In this document: one piece after another, positions 11,288 through 20,853 of the stretch | Layout: every line of letters starts with the position of its first letter | How positions within the stretch are numbered: position 1 is the first letter of the stretch | Origin: Alphaproteobacteria bacterium | Lineage (GTDB): Bacteria; Pseudomonadota; Alphaproteobacteria; CALKHQ01 | NCBI GenBank assembly: GCA_965227515.1 | Contig: CBDDFZ010000001.1 | Span: 3,456,001 to 3,520,000, forward strand | Direction of reading: 5' to 3' | Length of the DNA stretch: 64,000 nt | Translations under genes and position numbers: made by a program | Notes under the pieces: model-generated | The model's database searches: none | What the model was told of the DNA's origin: nothing | Seen by the model: only the letters and a program-made list of their open reading frames with translations

Positions 11288-12235
11288 GTGAACCGCAGCG
11301 TGTATCGCAGCGCAATTCGTAGCGCCTTTCGCAGATCGAGCAGCCTGATCGCCGTCGCCGTCGTGGCCGGCACGGGCCTCGCCGCCTGTCAGACTACCGC
11401 CCCCACCGACGCCGCCATGATGCCGGCCGCGGTCATTCCCGCGCTGCCCGAGGAGGTGGAAGTCGCCACCCGCGAGGCGCCGGTGGCCGAGGAAGTGCAG
11501 AACGGCGTCACCGTCATGCGTGGCCCGGTCGGCCAGTCCGCCCCGCTGGCTGCCAGCGGCGGCGCACCACAGGCCGGCACGTCCTACCAGCCCAGCTACA
11601 ACACCGCCGCCGCCGATGCAGCCGCAGCACCGCCGATGCCCACCGTTGTGCGCGGCGATGCGGTCGGCGGCTCCCTGCTCGCGGCCATCCAGGCGCAGGA
11701 GAGCCAGGCGGTCGAGGTCAACACGCCAGGCGGTATCGGCAACGCCGACCTGCTGCTGGCCGAGGGCGCGACGGGCGTGGTCCCGGTCACCGATCTGGCC
11801 CCGGCGGCCCGCGGCCCGGATGCCGTCCCCGAGCTGGCGGTGGCGGAGATGGTGTTCAGCGGCCCCCTGCCCGCACCGACGACGGTCGAGAGCCTGCAGT
11901 CGCGTGGCGCGGTGCCGATGGCGCTTGAGGAGATCGAGGCGATCACCGACCGCAACACTGTTGTCCACACCAACGTCGACAACGGGTTCCGGGTCGCCAC
12001 CTATTATGACGGCCAGGGCTTCAGCTACCTGCTGAGCCAGGGTCGCGGCTACCCCGGCCGCTATCAGGTCAGCGAGGGCGCGCGTTGCCGCATCGACTCC
12101 CAGGGGGTCGGCGTCTGCGCCAGCCTGTATCGCGAGGGCCAGACCATCTGGATCTGCGACGACCGCGACAACGGCCAGTGCAACTGGATCGTCAGCGAGG
12201 TGCTGTCGGGCCGGGTGCCGACCGCCGTGCAGTAG
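11288..12235 (+). CDS. Hypothetical lipoprotein with Pro/Ala-rich linker and Cys-containing C-terminal domain
   Basis: AGGAGG RBS, GTG start, lipobox LAA-C, followed by a terminator. Confidence 0.75.
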   Translation: MNRSVYRSAIRSAFRRSSSLIAVAVVAGTGLAACQTTAPTDAAMMPAAVIPALPEEVEVATREAPVAEEVQNGVTVMRGPVGQSAPLAASGGAPQAGTSYQPSYNTAAADAAAAPPMPTVVRGDAVGGSLLAAIQAQESQAVEVNTPGGIGNADLLLAEGATGVVPVTDLAPAARGPDAVPELAVAEMVFSGPLPAPTTVESLQSRGAVPMALEEIEAITDRNTVVHTNVDNGFRVATYYDGQGFSYLLSQGRGYPGRYQVSEGARCRIDSQGVGVCASLYREGQTIWICDDRDNGQCNWIVSEVLSGRVPTAVQ

Positions 12236-12257
12236 TCCGCCTCTCAACCCACGCAGC

Positions 12258-12291
12258 AAAAAGGGCGCGCCTGACTGGCACGCCCTTTTTT
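12258..12291. terminator. Bidirectional intrinsic terminator
   Basis: AAAAAGGGCG...CGCCCTTTTTT hairpin between convergent genes. Confidence 0.8.
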
Positions 12292-12367
12292 GTATGTCCT
12301 CAATGCGTTATCGGACCATTCTTACGACACGGTCGAAACGCATCCGTGGTAGATGGCCCGCCGGCGC

Positions 12368-13366
12368 TCAGGCGGCCTTGTCATCGAACAGGGAGTCGAT
12401 GTCCTCAGCGCTGAGTTCGCTCATGGCATCGGCCAGAGCTTCCTCGTCCGCCGCGGTTTCCGCAGCAGGCTCATCGGCAACGGCAACGGTTTCAGACGGA
12501 GCTTCCGCTTCGGCGACCGGCGTCTCATCTGTCACCAAGTCCGCACCTTCAGTCTGCGGCGCCTCAAAGGCTTCGGCAACGGAATCCGCCACATCAGCGT
12601 CGCCGTCGCTCATCTCGGTAGCGACCTCTGCATCATCGGCCGCGATCTCTTCGTCCGCGCCGCCCGCGAGCAGTGCGGCAATATCGTCGTCGGCCACCGG
12701 TGTTTCATCGGCTGCGTCGGCTGCGTCGGCCTCGTCAGCCACCGCAACCTCGACCTCGGCCACATCTTCGGCCTCCGCCACCGCATCCATGGCCTCAACC
12801 TCGTCGCCCTCAATTTCATGGGCAGCGACCGCTTCGGCACCGTCGTCCATGCCGGCGGCAGCCAGCTCGGCTTCCAGCACCTTCAGGGCGTTTGCGGCAA
12901 CATCGCTGATGGACCGGTCGTCGGGCACCGCAACCTTTGCCGGCGAGACGTCGGGTTGCGGCTCAACGGCCGCGGGGCCGGCTTCGACCTCGGCAGGCGT
13001 CGCATCGGCCTCGGCAGGCGTCGCGTCGGTCTCGGCGGGGGCCGGCGCGCCAGCGCCCTCGCCCACCATCGCGGCAATCCGGCGGTCCATGTCGCGCATG
13101 GCATCATGGATATTGAGCGACGACCCGCCCTCGATAGCGGCCAGCAGCGACATCAGCATGCCGCGCAGGGTCTCGTTCTCGTTCTCATAGCGGCCGATTT
13201 CGGCATTCAGGGCCGCGATCTCCTGGTTCTGGCCGGCCTGGGCCCGCTCCATGGCGGTGACGACCTCGACCAGCCGATCGCTGTACTTGCGGTTCTGCTC
13301 GTGGATCAGCCCGAACCGGGCTTCCGCCGCCTCTACGCGCGTGCGCAATTCCTCAAGGCCGCTCAT
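12368..13366 (-). CDS. Hypothetical protein: N-terminal coiled coil plus long acidic low-complexity region
   Basis: AGGAG upstream; heptad-like N-terminus; Asp/Glu/Ala-rich body; ends LSAEDIDSLFDDKAA. Confidence 0.75.
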   Translation of the reverse strand: MSGLEELRTRVEAAEARFGLIHEQNRKYSDRLVEVVTAMERAQAGQNQEIAALNAEIGRYENENETLRGMLMSLLAAIEGGSSLNIHDAMRDMDRRIAAMVGEGAGAPAPAETDATPAEADATPAEVEAGPAAVEPQPDVSPAKVAVPDDRSISDVAANALKVLEAELAAAGMDDGAEAVAAHEIEGDEVEAMDAVAEAEDVAEVEVAVADEADAADAADETPVADDDIAALLAGGADEEIAADDAEVATEMSDGDADVADSVAEAFEAPQTEGADLVTDETPVAEAEAPSETVAVADEPAAETAADEEALADAMSELSAEDIDSLFDDKAA

Positions 13367-13512
13367 CTGTCCTACGCTCCTGGGCTGGTGCCAACCGATA
13401 GTGCCGGATCACAACTATTGGCTTTAGCCCATTGCAATAGGGTTAATCGCCGGAAGATTGATCCAGCCATCGCGACGTGCAACCGCAGGAAGGAGACGGG
13501 TCAGGCGATGGG

Positions 13513-14520
13513 TCAGGCGACCTTGTCGAGGGTTTCCTCGGCCAGGTGGCAGGCCACCAGACGTCCGGCGACGGGGCGCAGCAGGGGCTCCTGTTCCGCG
13601 CAGCGCGCCTCGGCGAACGGGCAGCGGGTGCGGAACACGCAGCCGCTCGGCGGGTCGATCGGCGAGGGCAATTCACCGCTCAGCGAGATGCGCTTGGCCC
13701 GGTGGGCCGGGTCCACCGCCGGCGTGCTCGCCATCAGCGCCCGGGTATAGGGATGGTACGGCTGCGCGAAGATGGCCTCCTTCGGCCCCTGTTCCACCGA
13801 CCGCCCGAGATAAAGCACCAGGATATGGTGAGCGATATGGCGCACGACGCTGAGGTCGTGGCTGATGAACAGATAGGCAAGCTGAAGCTCATCCTGCAAG
13901 TCCATCAACAGGTTAAGCACCTGCGCCTGAACCGATACATCAAGTGCGGAGACCGGCTCGTCGGCGACCAGCAGCTTCGGGTTCAGCATCAGCGCGCGGG
14001 CGATGGCGATGCGTTGGCGCTGACCGCCGGAGAACATATGCGGATAGCGGTCATAGTGCTCCGGCCGCAGGCCGACCCGCCCCATCACGTCTACGGCACG
14101 TTCCCGCCGCTGCTCCGGGGACATATCGGTGTTGATGACCAGCGCCTCCTCCAGCGAGGTGCCGATCTTCTTGCGCGGGTTCAGCGACCCGAACGGATTC
14201 TGGAACACGATCTGCACCCGGCGGCGCAACTCGACATTGTCGTCGTTGGCCGGGTCGGCGGCATCCATGCCGTCGATCAGCAACTCGCCGGAGGTCGGCG
14301 GTTCGATGCGGGTGACAAGGCGGGCCAGCGTCGACTTGCCGGAACCGCTCTCCCCCACCACGGCCAGGGTCTCGCCCGCGTGCACCTTGAAGCTGGCGTC
14401 CTCAACGGCGCGCAGCACCGCGGGCTTGCCCAGCAACCCGCGCGAGATGGCGTAATGGCGGGCGAGATGGCGTCCCTCGGCGACCGGCGGCGCTTCGCCC
14501 GTGCTGCCCATGTCCCCCAT
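13513..14520 (-). CDS. dppF: Dipeptide ABC transporter ATPase DppF
   Basis: [38 protein letters not shown]-terminal Cys motif. Confidence 0.88.
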   Translation of the reverse strand: MGDMGSTGEAPPVAEGRHLARHYAISRGLLGKPAVLRAVEDASFKVHAGETLAVVGESGSGKSTLARLVTRIEPPTSGELLIDGMDAADPANDDNVELRRRVQIVFQNPFGSLNPRKKIGTSLEEALVINTDMSPEQRRERAVDVMGRVGLRPEHYDRYPHMFSGGQRQRIAIARALMLNPKLLVADEPVSALDVSVQAQVLNLLMDLQDELQLAYLFISHDLSVVRHIAHHILVLYLGRSVEQGPKEAIFAQPYHPYTRALMASTPAVDPAHRAKRISLSGELPSPIDPPSGCVFRTRCPFAEARCAEQEPLLRPVAGRLVACHLAEETLDKVA

Positions 14521-14545
14521 CAGCGGACGCCTCTCTGGCTTGCGG

Positions 14546-15307
14546 TCAATACTGCACCCCGCGGGTCAGTGCGCCGTCGGCCACCAGATTGGCGCCGGTG
14601 ATAAAGCTCGCGCGCGGGCTGGCCAGCATCACCGCCGCGTAGGCGATCTCTTCCGGCTTGCCCATGCGCCCGGTCGGGTTCAGCGCCAGCGCCTGCTGGT
14701 AGAGATCGGGCATGTTCTGTTTGATGTTGTCCCACGGCCCGCCCTCGAAGAAGATGTTGCCCGGCGAGACCGTGTTGGCGCGAATGCCTTTCGGTGCAAG
14801 GCTTAGCGCCAGCCCCTGAATGTAATGGATCAGCGCCGCCTTCATGGCGCCATAGGCACCTGCCGCGAAGTCCAGCTCGCGCCCGGACACGCTGGACACC
14901 GCGACGATGGCGCCGGCGTCCGACTTCTCCAGGAACGGCATCGCCGCATCCACGGTGCGGATGGTGTGCAGCATGTCGACCTGGAACTGTGCGGTCCACG
15001 CGTTCTCGTCGTGGCCGATGGCAAGCGCGCTGACGTTGGCCACGGCAATGTCCAGCCCACCGAACTCGGCCGCCACATCCTTCACCCAGCCCTGCAGCGC
15101 GGCGGCGTCGGCGACATCGAGGGCACGGCCGCTGACCTTGCCGCCATGGGCCTTCAGGGCCTCGACCGCGCTCGCCACGTCATCGGCATTACGCCCGCAA
15201 ATCGCAACATTGGCGCCCTCCTCCGCCAGCAGGTCGGCGATCCGCCGCCCGATGCCCTTGGAGCCCCCGGTCACCAGGGCATTGCGGCCCTTCAATCCCA
15301 GATCCAT
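14546..15307 (-). CDS. Short-chain dehydrogenase/reductase
   Basis: TGGSKGIG, YGAMK (YxxxK), NTVSPG, VADG. Confidence 0.9.
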   Translation of the reverse strand: MDLGLKGRNALVTGGSKGIGRRIADLLAEEGANVAICGRNADDVASAVEALKAHGGKVSGRALDVADAAALQGWVKDVAAEFGGLDIAVANVSALAIGHDENAWTAQFQVDMLHTIRTVDAAMPFLEKSDAGAIVAVSSVSGRELDFAAGAYGAMKAALIHYIQGLALSLAPKGIRANTVSPGNIFFEGGPWDNIKQNMPDLYQQALALNPTGRMGKPEEIAYAAVMLASPRASFITGANLVADGALTRGVQY

Positions 15308-15339
15308 TCAATTCCCCTCCCTTTGGGACGACGACACCG

Positions 15340-16305
15340 TCATGGCGCGCCGGTCGTTTCCAGCGGATAGTGACAGCGCACCCGGTTGGCGCCGAACTCC
15401 GGCCGGTCGCGCCGGCAATGATCGTCGCCGAACCGGCAACGCGGCACGAACAGGCAGCCGTCTGGCCGGTCGTACGCCCCCGGCACCACGCCGGGAATGG
15501 TCGGCAGCCGCGTCTCGCCGGCGCTGCGTTCGGGCAGCGCGTCTAGAAGCGCGGCGGTATAGGGATGGCGCGGCGTGACGAACAGGTCGTTGGCCGTGCG
15601 CGTTTCCATCAACTGGCCGGCATACATCACCGCCACCCGCTCCGCCGTCTCCGCCACCACGCCCATATCGTGGGTGATCAACACCAGCGCCATGCCCGTT
15701 TCGCCCTGCAGGCGGCGCAGCAGGTCCAGGATCTGGGCCTGGATGGTGACGTCCAGCGCCGTGGTCGGCTCGTCGGCGATCAGCAGGCGTGGATTGCAGG
15801 CAATCGCCATCGCGATCATCACGCGCTGGTTCATGCCGCCGGAGAGCTGGTGCGGGAACGAACGCAACCGGCCGGCCGGTGCCGGGATGCCGACCAGGTC
15901 CAACAGCTCGATGACGCGGTCGCGGCGCGCCTTGCGCGAGAGATCGGTGTGGGTCTTCAGCGCCTCGCCGATCTGGAACCCGATTGTGAAACATGGGTTC
16001 AGGCTGGTCATCGGCTCCTGGAAGATCATCGCGACGTCGCGTCCCGTGATCTGGCGGCGGCGGCGCGGCGAGAGCCCGCGCAAGTCCTTGCCATCGAACG
16101 ACAACACGTCGGCCGAGACCACGCCCGGATAGGGGATCAGCCCCATCACCGCCAGCATGGTCACCGACTTGCCGGACCCGCTCTCGCCAACCACGCCCAG
16201 CACCTCGCCGGGGTCGACCGTCATGTCGACGCCTTCCACGGCATGGAATGCACCAGCCATGGTGGGAAAGGTCACCCGCAGATTGCGTATTTCGAGCAAT
16301 GGCAT
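15340..16305 (-). CDS. dppD: Dipeptide ABC transporter ATPase DppD
   Basis: [40 protein letters not shown]. Confidence 0.9.
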   Translation of the reverse strand: MPLLEIRNLRVTFPTMAGAFHAVEGVDMTVDPGEVLGVVGESGSGKSVTMLAVMGLIPYPGVVSADVLSFDGKDLRGLSPRRRRQITGRDVAMIFQEPMTSLNPCFTIGFQIGEALKTHTDLSRKARRDRVIELLDLVGIPAPAGRLRSFPHQLSGGMNQRVMIAMAIACNPRLLIADEPTTALDVTIQAQILDLLRRLQGETGMALVLITHDMGVVAETAERVAVMYAGQLMETRTANDLFVTPRHPYTAALLDALPERSAGETRLPTIPGVVPGAYDRPDGCLFVPRCRFGDDHCRRDRPEFGANRVRCHYPLETTGAP

Positions 16306-16309
16306 CGGG

Positions 16310-17224
16310 CTATTTCTTCAGCTTGGGATCGAGGGCGTCGCGCAGCCCGTCGCCCAGGATGTTGAAGGCCAGCACCGTGATCAGGATCGCCAGCCCGGGG
16401 AAGGTGACGATCCACCATTGCGAGGAGAGCACGAACTCGCGCGCGTCGGCCAGCATGGCGCCCCACTCCGGCGTCGGCTTTTGCGCGCCCAGCCCCAGAA
16501 AACCCAGAGCTGCGGCGTCCAGAATGGCGGTGGAAAAGCCGAGCGTGGCCTGCACGATCAGCGGCGGGGCGCAATTCGGCAGGATGGTCACCACCATCAG
16601 GCGCGGCGCCTTGGCGCCGGCAACCTTGGACGCGGTGACGTAATCCTTGTTCTTCTCGCCGATCACCGAGGCACGGGTCAGCCGCACATAGTGGGGCAGG
16701 ATGACGATAGCGACCGCGATCACCGCGTTGAACAGCCCCGGCCCCAGGATGGCTACGATCACGATGGCGAGCAGCAGCGACGGCAGCGACAGCATGATGT
16801 CCATCAGCCGCATGATCGCGACGTCCGCGATACCGCGGAAATACCCCGCGACCAGCCCGAGCATGATGCCGACGCTGACCGACAGGGTGACCACGATCAG
16901 GCCGATCAGCAGCGAGTAGCGGGCGCCGTAGATGATGCGCGAGAGGATGTCGCGGCCGGTCGCATCGGTGCCGAGCAGGAAGTCGCTGCTGCCCTCCTCG
17001 TACCAGGCAGGCGGCCTCTCCGGGAAATCCCGGAACTGCTCCTCGTAGCCGTAGGGCGCGATGAAATCGGCGAATATGGCCGCGAACGCGATGACGAGAA
17101 TGACGATGAGCCCGCCGACCGCGCCCTTGTTGGCACTGAAGTCGCGCCAGAACGCGCGCAGCGGGTGCGGCATCGCAGGCGGTGCCGCCTGCAGGTCGAC
17201 CGCGGCGTCAGCTTCCGTCGTCAT
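16310..17224 (-). CDS. dppC: Dipeptide ABC transporter permease DppC
   Basis: [41 protein letters not shown]. Confidence 0.9.
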   Translation of the reverse strand: MTTEADAAVDLQAAPPAMPHPLRAFWRDFSANKGAVGGLIVILVIAFAAIFADFIAPYGYEEQFRDFPERPPAWYEEGSSDFLLGTDATGRDILSRIIYGARYSLLIGLIVVTLSVSVGIMLGLVAGYFRGIADVAIMRLMDIMLSLPSLLLAIVIVAILGPGLFNAVIAVAIVILPHYVRLTRASVIGEKNKDYVTASKVAGAKAPRLMVVTILPNCAPPLIVQATLGFSTAILDAAALGFLGLGAQKPTPEWGAMLADAREFVLSSQWWIVTFPGLAILITVLAFNILGDGLRDALDPKLKK

Positions 17225-17275
17225 GCCGACAGCCTACTGCAATTTGGGACTGCGCGGGAACCTTGGCGGCGCGGC

Positions 17276-18166
17276 CTACAATTCAGGAACCGGCACCCCG
17301 TGCTGGCGGCAGGCCGCGGTCACCGTGTTGCGCAGCAGGCAGGCGATAGTCATCGGGCCAACACCGCCGGGCACCGGCGTGATGGCGCCGGCCACGCCCT
17401 GCGCCTCGTCGAAGGCAACGTCGCCCACCAGCCGGGTCTTGCCCTCCCCCTTCTCCGGCGCCGGTATCCGGTTGATGCCGACGTCGATGACGGTCGCGCC
17501 CGGCTTCAGCCAGTCGCCGCGCACCATCTCCGGCCGGCCCACCGCAGCCACCAGAATGTCGGCGCGCCGGCACACATCGGGCAGGTCCTTGGTCCGCGAA
17601 TGAGCGACCGTCACCGTGCAGTTCTCGCCCAGCAACAGGGCCGCCATCGGCTTACCGACGATGTTGGAGCGGCCGACGATCACGGCCTCCTTTCCGGTCA
17701 GGTCGCCCAGATGGTCGCGCAGCAACAGCAGCGAACCCAAGGGCGTGCATGGCACAATGCCCTCAGCGCCGTTCCACAGCCGCCCGGTGTTGACGGCGTG
17801 GAACCCGTCCACGTCCTTGTCGGGAGAGATTGCCGCCAGCACTGCGGCGGAATCGATCTGCTCAGGCAGCGGCAACTGGACCAGGATGCCATGAATGGTC
17901 TCGTCGTTATTCATCGACTCGACCAGGGCGAGCAGTTCTTCCTGGGAGGAGTCCTCCGGCAGGCGGTGTTCGATGGAGGCCATACCCGCCTCGGCGGTCT
18001 GGCGGTTCTTGTTGCGGACATAGACCTGGCTGGCCGGGTCTTCGCCCACCAGCACCACCGCCAGCCCCGGCGTCAGCCCGTAACGGGACTTCAGGTTTGT
18101 TACTGCGTCGGTCACCCGCTCGCGAAGACCCGCCGCAAATGCCTTGCCGTCGATGATTTCAGCCAT
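17276..18166 (-). CDS. folD: Methylenetetrahydrofolate dehydrogenase/cyclohydrolase
   Basis: [36 protein letters not shown]. Confidence 0.97.
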   Translation of the reverse strand: MAEIIDGKAFAAGLRERVTDAVTNLKSRYGLTPGLAVVLVGEDPASQVYVRNKNRQTAEAGMASIEHRLPEDSSQEELLALVESMNNDETIHGILVQLPLPEQIDSAAVLAAISPDKDVDGFHAVNTGRLWNGAEGIVPCTPLGSLLLLRDHLGDLTGKEAVIVGRSNIVGKPMAALLLGENCTVTVAHSRTKDLPDVCRRADILVAAVGRPEMVRGDWLKPGATVIDVGINRIPAPEKGEGKTRLVGDVAFDEAQGVAGAITPVPGGVGPMTIACLLRNTVTAACRQHGVPVPEL

Positions 18167-18491
18167 TCAACCACTCCCCCAGCCGCGCGGCGACCTCGTC
18201 AGGCGCGCCCGCTATTGTCAGTTCCTTGTCGCGGTCCCGCGCACCCTGCGTGATGGTGATGGTGGACTTTGCCACGCGCCACGTTTTGGCGGCCAGGCCG
18301 ATCAGCGCGGTGTTGGCGGCACCGTCCACCGGCGGCGCCGTGACCCAGGCTCTCAGCGCCGGGCCGCGCGCGGTCTCGACCACGGCCGCATCCAGCACGT
18401 TGCGGCGCGCCTTCGGCGTCAACCGCACGCGCACGACCAGCCCCCGATCGGTGGGACGCCACGGGGCATCCGGCCGGTCGGCGTGGGTCAT
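18159..18491 (-). CDS. DUF167 (YggU) family protein
   Basis: [16 protein letters not shown]; conserved yggT-yggU-folD order. Confidence 0.85.
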   Translation of the reverse strand: MTHADRPDAPWRPTDRGLVVRVRLTPKARRNVLDAAVVETARGPALRAWVTAPPVDGAANTALIGLAAKTWRVAKSTITITQGARDRDKELTIAGAPDEVAARLGEWLNG

Positions 18492-18508
18492 GGCGATGGC
18501 CGGCAGGG

Positions 18509-18805
18509 TCAGAACGCCGAAATCAGATCCGCCGCGTTGTTGCGGAGCAGGCGCTCCAGAATGAACAGGATGATCACCAGCACCAGCGGCGACAGGTCGA
18601 TGGGCCCAGTATTCGGCAGGATGCGCCTGATCGGTCTCAGCACAGGCTCAACCAGCGCATGAAGGCCGCGATACAATGTGGCGACGAACTGATTGCGCGT
18701 GTTGACGACGCCGAACGCCACCAGCCAGCTCATCACAACCCAAACCAGCAGAATGATCCACGCCAGCTGAATGATGAACAGCAATACTTCAATAAGGGTC
18801 TGCAT
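18509..18805 (-). CDS. YggT family membrane protein
   Basis: MSWLVAFGVVN, EPVLRPIRRILP, IDLSP; start at ATG 18805. Confidence 0.88.
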   Translation of the reverse strand: MQTLIEVLLFIIQLAWIILLVWVVMSWLVAFGVVNTRNQFVATLYRGLHALVEPVLRPIRRILPNTGPIDLSPLVLVIILFILERLLRNNAADLISAF

Positions 18806-19076
18806 GATTGTGTTTTCGGTCCGTCGTTCCGGATATGCCGCCGCGCCGCGCGCGCCCGTTCGCCGGGGCACGCTATACTGGATTTTGCCGCTCATTGAAA
18901 TGGATGGCGAAAACCGATGGCGTCGATTTGACGCCGGTTCGACGGCCGGTGAACACGGTACCGCCTTGCCCTGCCCGGCGCACATCGCGCCAAGCTTGAC
19001 AGGTGGCGCCTTCTGCCCCATCTATCCCGCCGCGGCGCATCCTAGGGAACCCACTCCCGGGGACCGCGTGGCTTGT

Positions 19077-19152
19077 GGGGCCGTAGCTCAGTTGGGAGAG
19101 CGCTACGTTCGCAATGTAGAGGTCAGGGGTTCGACTCCCCTCGGCTCCACCA
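19077..19152 (+). tRNA. tRNA-Ala (anticodon CGC)
   Basis: 76-nt cloverleaf GGGGCCG...CGGCTCC-A-CCA, G3:U70 pair, anticodon arm CTACG-TTCGCAA-TGTAG, GGTTCGA T-loop. Confidence 0.97.
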
Positions 19153-19332
19153 TATTTCCGGCGGTCGTCAAAGTAGCCGCCACGCCAACCCTACTTTGCC
19201 GACCGCTCAAACGGCTCGAACGTGGTTCGGGCGGCGTCACCATATTTCTGGCGGTCGTCAAAGCAGCCGCCACGCCAACCCTACTTTGCCGACCGCTCTA
19301 CCGGATCGACCCTGGATCGGGCGGCGCCACCA
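19153..19332 (+). repeat. Two tandem 90-bp repeats immediately 3' of the tRNA, each with a hairpin and ending in CACCA
   Basis: Units 19153-19242 and 19243-19332 match at 81/90 positions; internal inverted repeat GCGGTCGTCAAAGTAG / CTACTTTGCCGACCGC. Confidence 0.9.
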
Positions 19333-19389
19333 ATTCTCGCATTGTCCGGACCGACGGGACACGCCGCTACCCCCAGGCGGGAGCCCTGC

Positions 19390-19653
19390 CTAACGGCGCG
19401 AGCTTCTCAGCAGCGTGAGGTCCAGGGTCAGGTTCGACACCACTTTGCGAAGCTTGGTGTTTTCGCGTTTGAGTTCATTGATGTACTGGACCTGGTCGAC
19501 GCTGAGCCCGCCATACGTGCGGCGCCACCGGTAGTACGTTTGTTCCGAGATCCCGAAGTTGTCGCAGATCGAACTGACGCGTTCGCCATGGGCCAGGCGC
19601 ACATCGGCCTCCTTCAGCATGGCAATGACCTGTTCTGGCGCGTGTCGTTTCAT
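19390..19653 (-). mobile_element. IS3-family OrfA-like HTH protein without OrfB (IS remnant)
   Basis: KRHAPEQVI...GISEQTYYRWRRTYGGL...ELKRENTKLRKVV; no DDE ORF follows. Confidence 0.8.
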
Positions 19654-19863
19654 GTCCCCCTCGCAATTATGCTGTTGCCTCACATCGTCGACGAAGGGGA
19701 AGTCCAGGTGTAGCGCCAGCTGGTCGGTGGCCACCCAGATAGCGGCGATCGGGCGCGTACGCTCCGATACGCGGTGGCCGATAACGTCGGTGACATTTCA
19801 AGCAGGCAATCGCTGTCGTGCCGCTGTCGAGCTCTGAGGTCGTTGGTGGTCGGTTGGTGATCC

Positions 19864-20268
19864 CTATTGTTGTGACGGAAGCGGCGTCACCGGTCCGCCA
19901 CTGCGTGCCTCGGCCCCTGCTGCAGAGGCGATCGGCACGTCTGTGGAGAACGTTGGCGTCGCAGCGACCCTTATGACGCGCCCATCGGACACCGTCATCA
20001 GATGCGCCTCGTTCTCGCCCATGCTCATCAGCGAAATGCGGGCACGGGCGGTGGGCTCGTAGTCCTGACAGACAGGGTCGCCGACCACGGCCCTCAACAT
20101 GCGGCAGTCCTGCTGCATGGCGATGGACAGCGCGTGATCGTTGCTCGATTTCCCGGTGGCCGCCATCAGAGCTCCATCGACGACATAGGAGGCAACGCTG
20201 ACCGCCGGCGGCAAGCCGCAGCCGCTGACAACGCACAGGATGGCCGCGCAGAGTGCCGTTCGGGTCAT
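19864..20268 (-). CDS. Hypothetical lipoprotein, last gene of the hfa-like operon
   Basis: GGAGA RBS; lipobox VSG-C; two additional cysteines. Confidence 0.7.
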   Translation of the reverse strand: MTRTALCAAILCVVSGCGLPPAVSVASYVVDGALMAATGKSSNDHALSIAMQQDCRMLRAVVGDPVCQDYEPTARARISLMSMGENEAHLMTVSDGRVIRVAATPTFSTDVPIASAAGAEARSGGPVTPLPSQQ

Positions 20269-20310
20269 GTCCTCATCTCCCCCTTGCTGTCGGCCGGCGC
20301 CGGCGCGGCG

Positions 20311-20733
20311 CTATTGGCCCCCGTACAGGATGTCGTTGATCTCGTCGGCGGTGGTGGTCTGGGTCTCCGCGTTCGACGACTGGTCGCCCTCGGAGTTCTG
20401 GTCGCTGCCGACGAACACGTTCGCGCCCTGGCCGGCCATCACGCACAGGATGTTGCCCGCGCTGGTGGACGACGTCGGGCCCGTACCGGCACAGACGAGG
20501 GTCTCGTCGTCGATGCTGCCGGCACCGATGCCGATCCCCCCGTTCTGGTCGTCCATCTCACGCATGTAGACGGCCATGGATGCGGTGTGATCGCGATTGT
20601 TGAACGAGAACGGTTCCTTGAACCCCTGGGCCGATGCCGACGGGGCGACGGCCGAGATCACCAGGCCAGCGACCAGAACAGACACCGGGCCGATGGCACC
20701 TCGCTGTAAAGTTGCAGACATTGGATTTCCCAT
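20311..20733 (-). CDS. Small secreted HfaA-like protein
   Basis: Signal peptide ending ASA-Q; C-terminal STSAGNILCV...NVFVGSDQNSEGD resembles the HfaA A-x-G-N...Q-x-N-x-G pattern; located next to HfaB-like genes. Confidence 0.55.
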   Translation of the reverse strand: MGNPMSATLQRGAIGPVSVLVAGLVISAVAPSASAQGFKEPFSFNNRDHTASMAVYMREMDDQNGGIGIGAGSIDDETLVCAGTGPTSSTSAGNILCVMAGQGANVFVGSDQNSEGDQSSNAETQTTTADEINDILYGGQ

Positions 20734-20809
20734 GGTTTACTCGCCGTGCACCGATGGCTGTGACAGGTGGTCGGTGCACGGTCGACGCTGTTGACGCGGC
20801 GGCGGCTGA

Positions 20810-20833
20810 GGGGCGGCGCATTCGCGCCGCCCC
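20810..20833. other. Strong intergenic GC hairpin without a U-tract
   Basis: GGGGCGGCGC-ATTC-GCGCCGCCCC, 10-bp perfect stem 20 nt after the stop codon of the repeat protein. Confidence 0.7.
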
Positions 20834-20853
20834 CGCTCCAGGACAAACCCGCT

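Noticed and set aside
19153-19332. CRISPR array
   Set aside because: Only two 90-bp units, similar along their whole length with no unique spacers, and no cas genes in the window
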